In this document: positions 9,106 through 18,184 of the stretch, piece by piece
Layout of the letters: the number at the start of each line of letters is the position of its first letter
Position numbering within the stretch: the first letter of the stretch is position 1
DNA from: Desulfobulbus propionicus DSM 2032
GTDB lineage: Bacteria > Desulfobacterota > Desulfobulbia > Desulfobulbales > Desulfobulbaceae
Direction: 5' to 3'
Length of the DNA: 32,000 bases
Assembly: GCF_000186885.1 (NCBI RefSeq)
Contig: NC_014972.1
Coordinates: forward strand, 2,520,001 to 2,552,000
Program-made: the position numbers and the translations under genes
Notes under the pieces: generated by a model
Database searches by the model: none
What the model saw: only the letters and a program-made list of their open reading frames with translations
Told to the model about the DNA's origin: nothing

Positions 9106-9339
9106 TCCATCTGCCTGTCTCGATCCAGGAGGGCGGTTTCCGGCAACATGTCCGGCAGCGCGTGTCCCCCTTCTTCATATGGCTACACCAATCGACCGGT
9201 TCGGGGAACCACTCCATCCGGCGCCGAGCAAACTGGCCGCCAAAAAAATGACTCCCCGGACCGCCTTGCGCACCCAACCACACCTCGACATGGACCTGTC
9301 GCCGGTAGCCTGTTCCCAATCAGTCGCTGTCGGTGAGGA

Positions 9340-9355
9340 TGGAATACATATTGCT
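9340..9355 (+). promoter_or_regulatory. Candidate sigma-54 promoter for the TPR protein and downstream flg/fli genes
   Basis: TGGAAT-ACATA-TTGCT: 9 of 11 matches to TGGCAC-N5-TTGCW, exact GG-N10-GC spacing, about 75 bp upstream of the ATG at 9431. Confidence 0.55.
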
Positions 9356-9430
9356 TGAGAACGAACAACATGTATTCCTCCTTTTCCAGATGACAGCTCC
9401 CGGTTCGATTTTGTTGCCCGACCCATTGCC

Positions 9431-11860
9431 ATGACAATCCGATCGCTCATCCTCTTCCTCCTGCTGCTGGCGGTCAATCCGTTTACCGAGGCCAGCGTCT
9501 GGGCCGCCTCGGTCCTCAAGGCCATCAACCGAAGCGATGAATCAACCTATTGGCAACTCTACCTCCATTTTGATCAGTTGCCGGGATTCCAATTGTCCAC
9601 CAATGGTCGACGAGTCGATGTGGAATTGCTCGACACCACCCCTGACCCGTTCCTGCCCTCCCTTGCCGTTGACGACAAGATGATCAAGGCGACAAGCAAC
9701 ACGCTGAAAACAAAGACCATCCTCTCCCTGTACTTCCGTTACCCCCCACAAAAGGTGACCGCTGAAAGCAACAAAGAAACAGCGATGCTCCTGCTCGATG
9801 TTCTTCTGGGCAACCAGCTTTCGGCCTCTTACCCTGAACTCAGCACCAAACTTCAAGGAGTCAGCGTGGTGAAGCGAGCCGGTGGCGATGCACTCAATCC
9901 GGTCAACATTTCCCCCTATGCGAACAACTGGCCGTCCTTTTTTACCGACTACGAAGCACCACTCTCCATCAAACCGCCTCCCGCGTTCCATCTTCCTCCT
10001 TTCCCCCTGGCTTCGGCCCTTGCGCCCGATGGCCCGTTGACAGCGTGGCTCCCGGAAGAGATTCAAACCCTGGCCAGCAACGGCAAATGGAACCAGGTGA
10101 GCCAACTGCTGCGCGAGCAGGTGGCCCTACAGCCCGATGAACGGCTCAAGGAGCGGCTGGTGCTGACTTATGCCGAAGCCCTGGTTAGGGCCGAGGTGTA
10201 TCGGGAACCCTACTTTCTGCTGCAGCGCATCATGATTCAGTACCCCGATTCGCTGTTGGCCGATTTGGCGCATGTTCTTCTCATCTATCAACAGGCCACG
10301 CGCGGTGATCAGATCAACGCCTACTATGAGCTCGACGGCCTGTTGAAGAAAATGGGGCAAAAAGCACCGTTCACCGACTCCCTTCCCCTCTTGCTGGCGG
10401 AACTGGCGCTGGTGGCCGGCCGAACCGTGGATGCGGAAAAACAACTGGCCGGGATGCACCCTGCTCAAGACACGCCGCTTTGGTTTCTCCGCTTGATGCG
10501 ACAGGCTGACCTGCTCTATGTAACAAACGAAAAAGTCAAAGCCTTGACAGCCTATCTTAATCTGGCGGCTCGAACCCCGATGCTTGCCGCCGATCCCATG
10601 TCGCTGGCCTTTTTCAGCGACTGCCTCTATGCCGCCAAACGCTTCCCGGAAGCGGCAAAACGCTACATGCTCCTCGCCGATCTGCTCAACAATCGGCCGG
10701 ATCAGGATATGGCCCTGTTTCGCGCGGCCATGGCTCATTTACGCACCCCGGCCACGGAAAAAAAGGCGCGGATCGATTTTCAACAGATTCAAGATGCCTT
10801 TGGCCAAAGCGAAGGAGGGGTACGCGCGCTGATCAAGCAGACGGATCTCGACTTTGCCGCCAAAAGAATCCCACCGCAGGAAGCGCTTTCCGTGTACGGT
10901 AAGTATGCCGCCGCAGGCGATGCAATCGCCCTTCGCGAGGAAGCCTTGTTCAAGCAGGCACTGGTGAACGCCCTGTCCGAGGAGCATGCGCCCAGCGTCT
11001 CCCAGTGCATGGAGCTGCTGCGCGGATTTCAATCCGGCAACCTGCGCACCGAGGCCACGGCCTTGCTCATTCAACAATTACCCAGCGTCATCCAGCAGCT
11101 GGTCAAGGAGGGCGAGTACATCAAAGCCCTGGTGCTGGCCAAGCAGAACAAAAAAATCTTTGCCCGCGGCTGGCTCGACCCCAATCTGCTGTTTGACCTG
11201 GCCCGCGCCTACGAACACCTCGACATGGCCGACCAGGCCGCCCAGACCTATCAATATCTCTTTGAAGTGACCGACGAGGGCCACAAGGAAAAAATCTACC
11301 TGCCCCTGCTCCAGTCCCTGTTCGCCGCCGGCGGCTATCTCCAGATCCAGGAGTATGCGGACCGCTATCACCTGCGCTATCCCAATGGGCCGAACAGGGC
11401 CCCGGTCCTGCTCATCAAGGCCCGGGCCCTGTACGCGAGCGGTCAGGCCGACAAGGCGATCAAGGTGATGACTGCGGCCAACAGTCCGCGTCTGCCGGAG
11501 CTTGAGCTCCTCAAGGGGCGGATCTTCTTTGAATCCGGACAATGGCGAAAGGCGATCGAGACTCTCGAGCAACCCGATGTCCGGCGGATGCTCGCGCAAC
11601 ACTCGATGCTCCTTGCGTTGGCCGAGGCCTATTTCCAGGATGGCAAGGACGAACAGGCCGCGCCCCTCTTTCAGCAGCTCGCCAGCGGCGAAAACGGCGG
11701 CGAGCAGGCGCGGTACCGTTTGGCGCAAATTGAAGCGAAAAAAGAGAACAAACAGCAGGCGCTTAATCTCTTCAAGGAGTTGGCCGAAAAAGGAAAAGAC
11801 CCTCTGTGGACCAAACTCGCCCGCGAGGCAGCGGCAATCCTGGACATGCAACAGCGCTGA
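9431..11860 (+). CDS. Large exported tetratricopeptide-repeat-like protein at the head of the flagellar cluster
   Basis: 809 aa; signal peptide (MTIRSLILFLLLLAVNPFTEASVWAA), N-terminal beta-rich region, then long helical repeats, e.g. 'LFDLARAYEHLDMADQAAQTYQYLFEVTDEG', 'LALAEAYFQDGKDEQAAPLFQQLA', 'ARYRLAQIEAKKENKQQALNLFKELAEKG'. Confidence 0.72.
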   Translation: MTIRSLILFLLLLAVNPFTEASVWAASVLKAINRSDESTYWQLYLHFDQLPGFQLSTNGRRVDVELLDTTPDPFLPSLAVDDKMIKATSNTLKTKTILSLYFRYPPQKVTAESNKETAMLLLDVLLGNQLSASYPELSTKLQGVSVVKRAGGDALNPVNISPYANNWPSFFTDYEAPLSIKPPPAFHLPPFPLASALAPDGPLTAWLPEEIQTLASNGKWNQVSQLLREQVALQPDERLKERLVLTYAEALVRAEVYREPYFLLQRIMIQYPDSLLADLAHVLLIYQQATRGDQINAYYELDGLLKKMGQKAPFTDSLPLLLAELALVAGRTVDAEKQLAGMHPAQDTPLWFLRLMRQADLLYVTNEKVKALTAYLNLAARTPMLAADPMSLAFFSDCLYAAKRFPEAAKRYMLLADLLNNRPDQDMALFRAAMAHLRTPATEKKARIDFQQIQDAFGQSEGGVRALIKQTDLDFAAKRIPPQEALSVYGKYAAAGDAIALREEALFKQALVNALSEEHAPSVSQCMELLRGFQSGNLRTEATALLIQQLPSVIQQLVKEGEYIKALVLAKQNKKIFARGWLDPNLLFDLARAYEHLDMADQAAQTYQYLFEVTDEGHKEKIYLPLLQSLFAAGGYLQIQEYADRYHLRYPNGPNRAPVLLIKARALYASGQADKAIKVMTAANSPRLPELELLKGRIFFESGQWRKAIETLEQPDVRRMLAQHSMLLALAEAYFQDGKDEQAAPLFQQLASGENGGEQARYRLAQIEAKKENKQQALNLFKELAEKGKDPLWTKLAREAAAILDMQQR

Positions 11861-11920
11861 CACGGCAAACGAACCACGCCCCCACCCTTGGCGAGGGCCA
11901 CAAACCAACGGAGACACATC

Positions 11921-12334
11921 ATGTCGGGAATCCAACAGTTCGACCCCACCATGAAACTTTTGCACAAGGTGCTTGACCTGCGCGCCAAGAATCAGGAGGT
12001 GATCGGCTCCAACATCGCCAACGCGGAGACGCCGGGGTATTCGGCGCAGGCGTTTTCCTTTGAGGATCAGCTGAAAAGTGCCATGACCGGCCAGGGATTG
12101 CACCCCGTGGCCACTCGGCCCGACCATATTCCCCTGGCGCCCTCCAGCCTTGAGCAAGTGGCGGGAACCGTCAGCCGCAAGCGCGACACCACCGGGATCG
12201 GCGATGAAAACAGCGTCAGCGTCGACCAGGAGATGATCAAGCTCTCGCAAAACGAAATCCTATACGAAGCGGCCGCCGCCATGCTCAAGAAAAAATTGTC
12301 CCTGCTCAAATACGCCATCAATGGTGGCGCATGA
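11921..12334 (+). CDS. flgB: Flagellar basal-body rod protein FlgB
   Basis: 'LHKVLDLRAKNQEVIGSNIANAETPGYSAQAFSFEDQL' rod N-terminal motif; followed directly by flgC. Start at the ATG with GGAGA upstream, not the track's TTG at 11888. Confidence 0.93.
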   Translation: MSGIQQFDPTMKLLHKVLDLRAKNQEVIGSNIANAETPGYSAQAFSFEDQLKSAMTGQGLHPVATRPDHIPLAPSSLEQVAGTVSRKRDTTGIGDENSVSVDQEMIKLSQNEILYEAAAAMLKKKLSLLKYAINGGA

Positions 12335-12373
12335 TTTGCATAACTACTGCAACACTAACGCATCGAGGTTCCC

Positions 12374-12811
12374 ATGGATATTTTCACCACGTTTGACATC
12401 GCCGCCTCGGGACTAAAGGCGCAGACGATGAGGCTGAACACCATCAGCGCCAATCTCGCCAATTCGGAAACAACCTCCACCCCCGAGGGTGGACCGTACA
12501 AGAAGAAATCGGTGGTTTTTCAGACGGAAAACCTTCCCTTCAAGCAACACCTCAACAACTCCCTGCTTGCCCAGGGACAAGCCCAAGGGGTGAAGGTGGC
12601 CAAAATCATCGAGGATACCAGCGAACCGCAACGGGTTTATGACCCCACCCATCCGGACGCCAAGGAAGACGGCTATGTGGAGATGCCCAATGTCAATGTT
12701 CTCAAGGAAATGGTGGATATGATGTCGACGACCCGCTCGTATGAAGCCAACACCACCACCATCAAGTCGGCCAAGCGCATGGCGATGCGGGCCCTCGACA
12801 TAGGGAGCTGA
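12374..12811 (+). CDS. flgC: Flagellar basal-body rod protein FlgC
   Basis: 'FDIAASGLKAQTMRLNTISANLANSETTSTPEGGPYKKKSVVF...EMVDMMSTTRSYEANTTTIKSAKRMAMRALDIG'. Confidence 0.96.
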   Translation: MDIFTTFDIAASGLKAQTMRLNTISANLANSETTSTPEGGPYKKKSVVFQTENLPFKQHLNNSLLAQGQAQGVKVAKIIEDTSEPQRVYDPTHPDAKEDGYVEMPNVNVLKEMVDMMSTTRSYEANTTTIKSAKRMAMRALDIGS

Positions 12812-12814
12812 TAA

Positions 12815-13108
12815 ATGGAACCGATTCAAGCTGTCACGCCGTCACTGACCCCGGCCCTGCCGGCGCGTTCCGCGGTCGCGCAAGCAGAAACCTCTTTTGG
12901 CGACATGCTGAAAACCATGGTGGCCCAAACCAACGAGCAGCAGCAAAACGCTGACCAGGCCCTGCAACAGGTCCATGCCGGCGGAGAAAAAAACCTGCAC
13001 GAGGCAATGATCGCCCTGGAAAAGGCCGATGTTTCCCTCAGATACATGGTGCAGGTTCGTAACAAGGCGATCAGCGCCTATCAGGAAATCATGCAGATGC
13101 AGGTGTAA
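12815..13108 (+). CDS. fliE: Flagellar hook-basal body complex protein FliE
   Basis: 'NEQQQNADQALQQVHAGGEKNLHEAMIALEKADVSLRYMVQVRNKAISAYQEIMQMQV' is FliE-typical; 3 bp after flgC. Confidence 0.95.
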   Translation: MEPIQAVTPSLTPALPARSAVAQAETSFGDMLKTMVAQTNEQQQNADQALQQVHAGGEKNLHEAMIALEKADVSLRYMVQVRNKAISAYQEIMQMQV

Positions 13109-13179
13109 CCCCGCAGCCCCCGGCATCAGCACATCAACAGCCAATGATCATTGAGCACTAACCAGGAGCAGGGAGCATC

Positions 13180-14832
13180 ATGGCGGAACAAACGGACGCT
13201 GCCCCCCAGCAAACACAGAGTGGATGGAAGACGCTGGTCGAAACAGTCAAAGCCTGGCCGATGCCGCGCAAAATCGCCTTGGCCGCAGTCACGGCCATCA
13301 CCCTTGGCCTCTTTGCCTTCATCATCGTCCAGGCGCGCACCGCCGATTATCAACTCCTGTACGGCAATCTCGCCGAATCCGATGCCTCATCCGTGGTCGA
13401 ATGGCTGAAAGGGCAGAACATTCCCTACAAGCTGGCCAACAATGGCCACAATATCCTGATTCCGGCAAAGGATGTGTATGAAACACGGTTGAGCCTGGCC
13501 TCGTTGGGTCTGCCGCAGGGCGGGGGCGTTGGGTTTGAGATTTTTGACAAGCAATCCTTCGCCCTGACGGATTTCGTCCAGAAGGTCAACTATTCCCGTG
13601 CGCTTCAAGGAGAATTGGCCCGCACCATCGCCTCGCTCGGTCCAGTGGAAACGGCTCGGGTCCATCTGGCCCTACCGGAAAAACGGCTGTTCAAGGACCA
13701 GCAGAAACCGGCCACCGCCTCGGTGATTATCAAGCTTGCCCCAGGCAAGCGGCTGAGCGAGGCGCAGATCGAAGGGGTTGTCCACCTGGTTTCCAGCTCC
13801 ATCGAGGGGCTTGACCCCGGACAGGTGACGGTGATCGATCAAAACGGCAACGTTCTTTCCAGGATCGGCGAGAAAGGACTGTCCGGCAACCTTTCCCCCG
13901 ACATGCTGGAGTTTCAGATGCAGGTGGAACAGCGGTTGGAGGACCGGGCGCAAGCCCTGCTCGACAAATCTCTTGGGGCCAAGAATGCCATGGTCCGGGT
14001 GAGCGCCACCTTGGATTTTGCCCAGACCGAAAAGACCGAAGAGACTTTTGATCCGGAAGAACCGGTCATCCGCAGCGAACAGCTGAGCGAGGAAAAATCC
14101 GGTTCGGAGATCACCGGCGGGGTGCCGGGCGTGCAGTCGAACCTGGAAGGCAACACGGCCCAGACGGCCGGGGCCACGCCGCCTTCCAGCCGGTCACAGC
14201 GGACCACTAATTACGAGATCAGCAAGGTTGTCTCCAAGACCACCCAGCCGGTGGGCACGATCAGCAAGCTGTCGGTTTCCGTTCTGGTGGCCGACAAGGT
14301 GGTGCCCGGCAAGGACAAGGAACCGGCAAAGACCGAGCCGAGGTCGGAGACCGAACTCAAGACCCTGCAAACCATGGTGGCCTCCGCCCTGGGGATTGAC
14401 ACGGCCCGCGGCGACAAGATTGAGGTGACGTCCATGCCGTTCCTTGAATCCGCGGAAGATGGTGGACAAGAAGGTATGGCCGCCAACCTCCTGTATCAGT
14501 ACCTGCCGTTTATCCGGTATGGCCTGCTGATTCTCGGAGCGGTGCTCATCTACCTGTTCATGATCCGGCCGCTCATGAAAACCTTGCATCGCGACGTCAC
14601 GGAGCACTATAAAACCGTGGAGGAAATGGAAGCCGAGCAGGTTCAGGCGGCCGCGGCTCGAGAACCTGGAGCCGGTCCTGCGGGGGCGGGTGCCCTGGTC
14701 GGTGGCGCCGCCTACCGGGAGGCGATGGAATCCGCCCCCCTGGATCCCTTGGAGAAAATTCGGAAAGGAGTGGAGCAGGATCCGGTATTCAGCGCCCATG
14801 TGCTGAAGGGCTGGATTCATGAACAGAGTTGA
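13180..14832 (+). CDS. fliF: Flagellar MS-ring protein FliF
   Basis: 550 aa; TM segment, 'DYQLLYGNLAESDASSVVEWLKGQNIPYKLANNGHNILIPAKDVYETRLSLASLGLPQGGGVGFEIFDKQSFALTDFVQKVNYSRALQGELARTI', C-terminal TM; CAGGGAGC SD. Confidence 0.97.
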   Translation: MAEQTDAAPQQTQSGWKTLVETVKAWPMPRKIALAAVTAITLGLFAFIIVQARTADYQLLYGNLAESDASSVVEWLKGQNIPYKLANNGHNILIPAKDVYETRLSLASLGLPQGGGVGFEIFDKQSFALTDFVQKVNYSRALQGELARTIASLGPVETARVHLALPEKRLFKDQQKPATASVIIKLAPGKRLSEAQIEGVVHLVSSSIEGLDPGQVTVIDQNGNVLSRIGEKGLSGNLSPDMLEFQMQVEQRLEDRAQALLDKSLGAKNAMVRVSATLDFAQTEKTEETFDPEEPVIRSEQLSEEKSGSEITGGVPGVQSNLEGNTAQTAGATPPSSRSQRTTNYEISKVVSKTTQPVGTISKLSVSVLVADKVVPGKDKEPAKTEPRSETELKTLQTMVASALGIDTARGDKIEVTSMPFLESAEDGGQEGMAANLLYQYLPFIRYGLLILGAVLIYLFMIRPLMKTLHRDVTEHYKTVEEMEAEQVQAAAAREPGAGPAGAGALVGGAAYREAMESAPLDPLEKIRKGVEQDPVFSAHVLKGWIHEQS

Positions 14833-14895
14833 CCGCTCCTCTGTATGCGGGCAAACACCAATACCCCCTGATCACTGTGAACGACAACGGCATCC

Positions 14896-15909
14896 ATGGC
14901 TGCGGCTGAAAAACTGACAGGATTGAAACGGGCAGCGATCCTCCTGATCTGTCTGGGCGAGGAGACGGCAACAAAACTGCTGCGTGAGCTGACCGACGAG
15001 GAGATCTTCAAGGTCACCCGGTGCATGGCGGAAATCGAGCATATTCCCGATGACCTCAAAACCCGGGTGCTCGAGGATTTTGAACTGGCCGCCGAAAGCC
15101 AGGCCGGTTTGGTGGTCAAGGGGCAGGAATTCGCCAAAAAACTGATTGCCGGCACCGGCAGCCGGGAACGGGAATCGAGCCTCATGCGCCAGTTCGTCAC
15201 CGGCACCGAGGCCCGGCCGCTGGAAACCATCGCCAAGATGCAGCCGTCCATGGTCGCTGGTTTGCTAGAGCGGGAACATCCCCAGACCCTGGCCCTGGTC
15301 CTGTCCACGCAGGCCACCGAGCACGCCGGCGCCATCATTGCCAAACTGCCCGAAGAAAAACGGGCGGACGTCATTCACCGGATCGCCACCCTCGACGCGG
15401 TTTCGCCGGCGGTGATCGACCGGATCGAGGAGGCCCTGAGCAAGGAAATCGGTATCGTGGTCGGTGCGCAAGAACAACGCGAGGTCGGCGGCTTGAAAAA
15501 GGTGGTCGAGATTCTCGACAGCATGACCGACAACCTGGATTCGGAGATTCTCGAAAGCCTGGAGGAAGTCGATCCGGAAATGGTGGAAGACATTCGCAAG
15601 ATGATGTTCACCTTCGAGGATCTCTGCGCCCTTGACGGCCGTTCCATCCAAATGATCCTGCGCGAGGTCAACAACGATTCCCTCACCATGGCCCTGAAGA
15701 CCGCCTCCGATGAGATCAAGGCCAAGATTTTCGCCAACATGTCCTCCAGGGCCGCCGACATGATCAAGGATGACCTGGAGGCCATGGGGCCGGTGCGGCT
15801 GTCCGAGGTCGAGGCCATGCAGCAGACCATCGTCAAGATTGCCATGAAGCTGGAAGAAGAAGGAAAACTGGTACTGGGCAGAGGCAGCGGTGGCGATGAG
15901 TTCGTCTAA
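14896..15909 (+). CDS. fliG: Flagellar motor switch protein FliG
   Basis: 337 aa; 'EHPQTLALVLSTQATEHAGAIIAKLPEEKRADVIHRIATLDAVSPAVIDRIEEAL' and 'MFTFEDLCALDGRSIQMILREVNNDSLTMALKTASDEIKAKIFANMSSRAADMIKDDLEAMGPVRLSEVEAMQQTIV'. Confidence 0.97.
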   Translation: MAAAEKLTGLKRAAILLICLGEETATKLLRELTDEEIFKVTRCMAEIEHIPDDLKTRVLEDFELAAESQAGLVVKGQEFAKKLIAGTGSRERESSLMRQFVTGTEARPLETIAKMQPSMVAGLLEREHPQTLALVLSTQATEHAGAIIAKLPEEKRADVIHRIATLDAVSPAVIDRIEEALSKEIGIVVGAQEQREVGGLKKVVEILDSMTDNLDSEILESLEEVDPEMVEDIRKMMFTFEDLCALDGRSIQMILREVNNDSLTMALKTASDEIKAKIFANMSSRAADMIKDDLEAMGPVRLSEVEAMQQTIVKIAMKLEEEGKLVLGRGSGGDEFV

Positions 15910-16003
15910 GGTGTTCAGGGCCGATCCCCATTTCACTCCTATCCCGCTGGTACGCCGGAGTATTGCCGTTCCTCCGCGGGAAGAACCGACGATCATGGTG
16001 TAG
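15896..16003 (+). other. Apparent true N-terminal coding segment of fliH ending at an in-frame amber codon (TAG 16001-16003)
   Basis: ATG at 15896 overlapping the fliG stop, translating MSSSKVFRADPHFTPIPLVRRSIAVPPREEPTIMV then TAG, in the same frame as and contiguous with the downstream fliH ORF (EVAVPDPEPLAQETAMPVAEEP...). Too short to appear in the ORF track. Confidence 0.6.
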
Positions 16004-16048
16004 GAGGTCGCTGTTCCCGATCCCGAGCCGCTTGCCCAGGAGACAGCC

Positions 16049-16708
16049 ATGCCGGTCGCCGAGGAGCCGATCCTCCCTGAGCCAGCGCCCGATCCTATCC
16101 CTGAACCTGTGCCCGAACCGGAACCACCGATCGACCTTGATGCCATTCGCCAGGAAGCCTACAATCAAGGGATGGCGGACCAATCCGCCCGATTGCAAGC
16201 GGAAATCGAGCATGCGGTTCTAGCTTTTGGCGAGGCTTGCCAAAAAATTGACCAGCAGCGCCAACGCCTGCTCGACCACAGCCGGGGCGACCTGATCAAC
16301 CTGATCATCGGCCTGAGCAAGAAGATCGTTGGCCAGGAATTGGTCACGCAACGCAACATTATCGCCACCACCCTGCAGACGGCCCTGGAAGAGGCGATTG
16401 CCAGCGAGGAGTACTATGTCACCCTCCATCCGGACGATCTGGCCGTCGCCGAGGCCAAGGTTCCGGCCCTGATCGCCTCAATTCGCGGGCTGGAGCGGAT
16501 CGTGTTCAAAACCGACAGCACGCTCACCCGTGGAGGATGTCTCCTGGAATCGGCCAACTGCACGGTGGATGCCACCATCGAGGGGCAGTTGGCGAGCATC
16601 GAGGAGTTGCTGCATGAGCGTCCCGAGCTGATCCCCTTGTCCACCGAGGACCAATTGTCTTCCCAGTCCCTGACTGCGGATGATGCGCAGGACGGCCATC
16701 ACTCTTGA
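16049..16708 (+). CDS. fliH: Flagellar assembly protein FliH (conventional reading from the internal ATG)
   Basis: 219 aa; 'PIDLDAIRQEAYNQGMADQSARLQAEIEHAVLAFGEAC' and 'LINLIIGLSKKIVGQELVTQRNIIATTLQTAL...VTLHPDDLAVAE'; located between fliG and fliI; CAGGAG 6 nt upstream of the ATG. Confidence 0.9.
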   Translation: MPVAEEPILPEPAPDPIPEPVPEPEPPIDLDAIRQEAYNQGMADQSARLQAEIEHAVLAFGEACQKIDQQRQRLLDHSRGDLINLIIGLSKKIVGQELVTQRNIIATTLQTALEEAIASEEYYVTLHPDDLAVAEAKVPALIASIRGLERIVFKTDSTLTRGGCLLESANCTVDATIEGQLASIEELLHERPELIPLSTEDQLSSQSLTADDAQDGHHS

Positions 16709-16738
16709 TGGCCGCAACGGCCCAACCAACTGATCCAG

Positions 16739-18184
16739 GTGTCCGGGGCAATGTGCAGTTGCTGCCCAGAGCTCTTTTCCTTCCGTTTAGATGAATCGCT
16801 CGCCATGGCCAACGTATCCGATTTGCTCACCGCCTTTTCTCCCATCCGTGTCTACGGCCAGGTGCACCGTATCGTCGGCCTGGTGGTCGAGGGCACCTGC
16901 GCCCGTTCCTCCATCGGTTCCCTCTGTGAACTGTTTCCGCTCCAGGACGGCGAGGTCATTCCCGCCGAGATCGTCGGCTACAGCAATAACCGGGCCCTGT
17001 TGATGCCCTTGGGCGAGTTGCGCGGCCTGGGACCAGGCAGCCGCATTCGGGTCAAGAAGGAACAGGCCACCATCAGCGTCGGCGACGGCTTGCTCGGTCG
17101 GGTACTCGACGGCATGGCCCAGCCGCTCGATCAAGGGCCGCCCCTGTACCTGCCCCACGAAAAGGCGCTCTATTCCTTGCCGCCGGGGCCAATGCAGCGT
17201 GACGCCATCACCCAGCCACTCGATCTCGGCATCCGGGCGATCAACGGCCTGCTGACCTGCGGCATCGGCCAGCGCATGGGGATCATGGCCGGATCGGGGG
17301 TGGGCAAGAGCGTGCTGCTGGGTATGATGGCCAAGTACGCCAAGGCGGACATCAACGTCATCGCCCTGATCGGCGAGCGCGGCCGCGAAGTCAAGGAATT
17401 CATCGAACGCGATCTGGGCAAGGAAAGTCTTGCCCATTCGGTGATTGTCGCCGTCACCTCGGATCAGTCGCCGCTGTTGCGCATGCGTGGCGCCTTCGTC
17501 GCCACCGCCATTGCCGAGTATTTTTGTCAGCGGGGCAAGAACGTGCTGTTGATGATGGATTCGGTGACCCGCTTTGCCATGGCCATGCGCGAGATCGGCC
17601 TGTCCATCGGCGAACCGCCCACTACCAAGGGCTACACGCCGAGCGTGTTCGCCACTCTGCCCAAGCTGCTGGAACGGGCCGGAAATTTCCAGCACCAGGG
17701 TTCGATCACCGGCCTGTACACGGTGCTGGTGGACGGCGACGACTTGACCGAACCGGTGGCCGACTCGGTTCGTTCCATCCTCGATGGCCACATCGTGCTC
17801 TCCCGCAGCATTGCCGCCAAGAATCATTACCCGGCCATCGACGTGATGATGTCCACCAGCCGGGTCATGCGTGACATCACCACCTCCCGCCACCGGGAAT
17901 TGGCCGGCAAGGCCCGCAGCGTCATGGCCATATACCGGGAATCCGAGGACCTGATCAACATCGGTGCCTATGCCACGGGCAGCAATAAGAAAATCGACTA
18001 TGCCATCTCACGGATGGACGCCATCAATGCCTTCCTCACCCAAGGATTCGAGGAATCCTCAACCCTTGAGGAAACTATTGCCGCCATGGGCGAGCTGGTC
18101 AGCGACCGCCAGGGAAACGACCGCAGGCGAGCGGGGCGCAAGGGATTTGATCGACGAAAAACCGATATGTCGGCCGACGAGTGA
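16739..18184 (+). CDS. fliI: Flagellum-specific ATP synthase FliI (start may instead be ATG 16805)
   Basis: Walker A 'GIMAGSGVGKSVLLGMMA', 'VIALIGERGREVKEFIERDLG', 'LLMMDSVTRFAMAMREIGLSIGEPPTTKGYTPSVFATLPKLLERAG'. Confidence 0.97.
   Translation: MSGAMCSCCPELFSFRLDESLAMANVSDLLTAFSPIRVYGQVHRIVGLVVEGTCARSSIGSLCELFPLQDGEVIPAEIVGYSNNRALLMPLGELRGLGPGSRIRVKKEQATISVGDGLLGRVLDGMAQPLDQGPPLYLPHEKALYSLPPGPMQRDAITQPLDLGIRAINGLLTCGIGQRMGIMAGSGVGKSVLLGMMAKYAKADINVIALIGERGREVKEFIERDLGKESLAHSVIVAVTSDQSPLLRMRGAFVATAIAEYFCQRGKNVLLMMDSVTRFAMAMREIGLSIGEPPTTKGYTPSVFATLPKLLERAGNFQHQGSITGLYTVLVDGDDLTEPVADSVRSILDGHIVLSRSIAAKNHYPAIDVMMSTSRVMRDITTSRHRELAGKARSVMAIYRESEDLINIGAYATGSNKKIDYAISRMDAINAFLTQGFEESSTLEETIAAMGELVSDRQGNDRRRAGRKGFDRRKTDMSADE

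Noticed and set aside
8895-9437. Several small ORFs on both strands between cheY and the TPR gene (8828-9358 +, 9041-9319 -, 9183-9437 -, 8895-9149 -)
   Set aside because: They overlap each other in different frames, start inside neighbours or lack a convincing RBS, and none shows a recognisable motif; the interval looks regulatory.
16001-16003. Genome-wide reassignment of TAG (e.g. pervasive pyrrolysine)
   Set aside because: TAG serves as an ordinary terminator for at least four genes here: the 617-aa CheC/CheX-like protein, cheY, fliJ and fliR. Readthrough at fliH would have to be site-specific, so mutation, error or internal initiation remain more likely.
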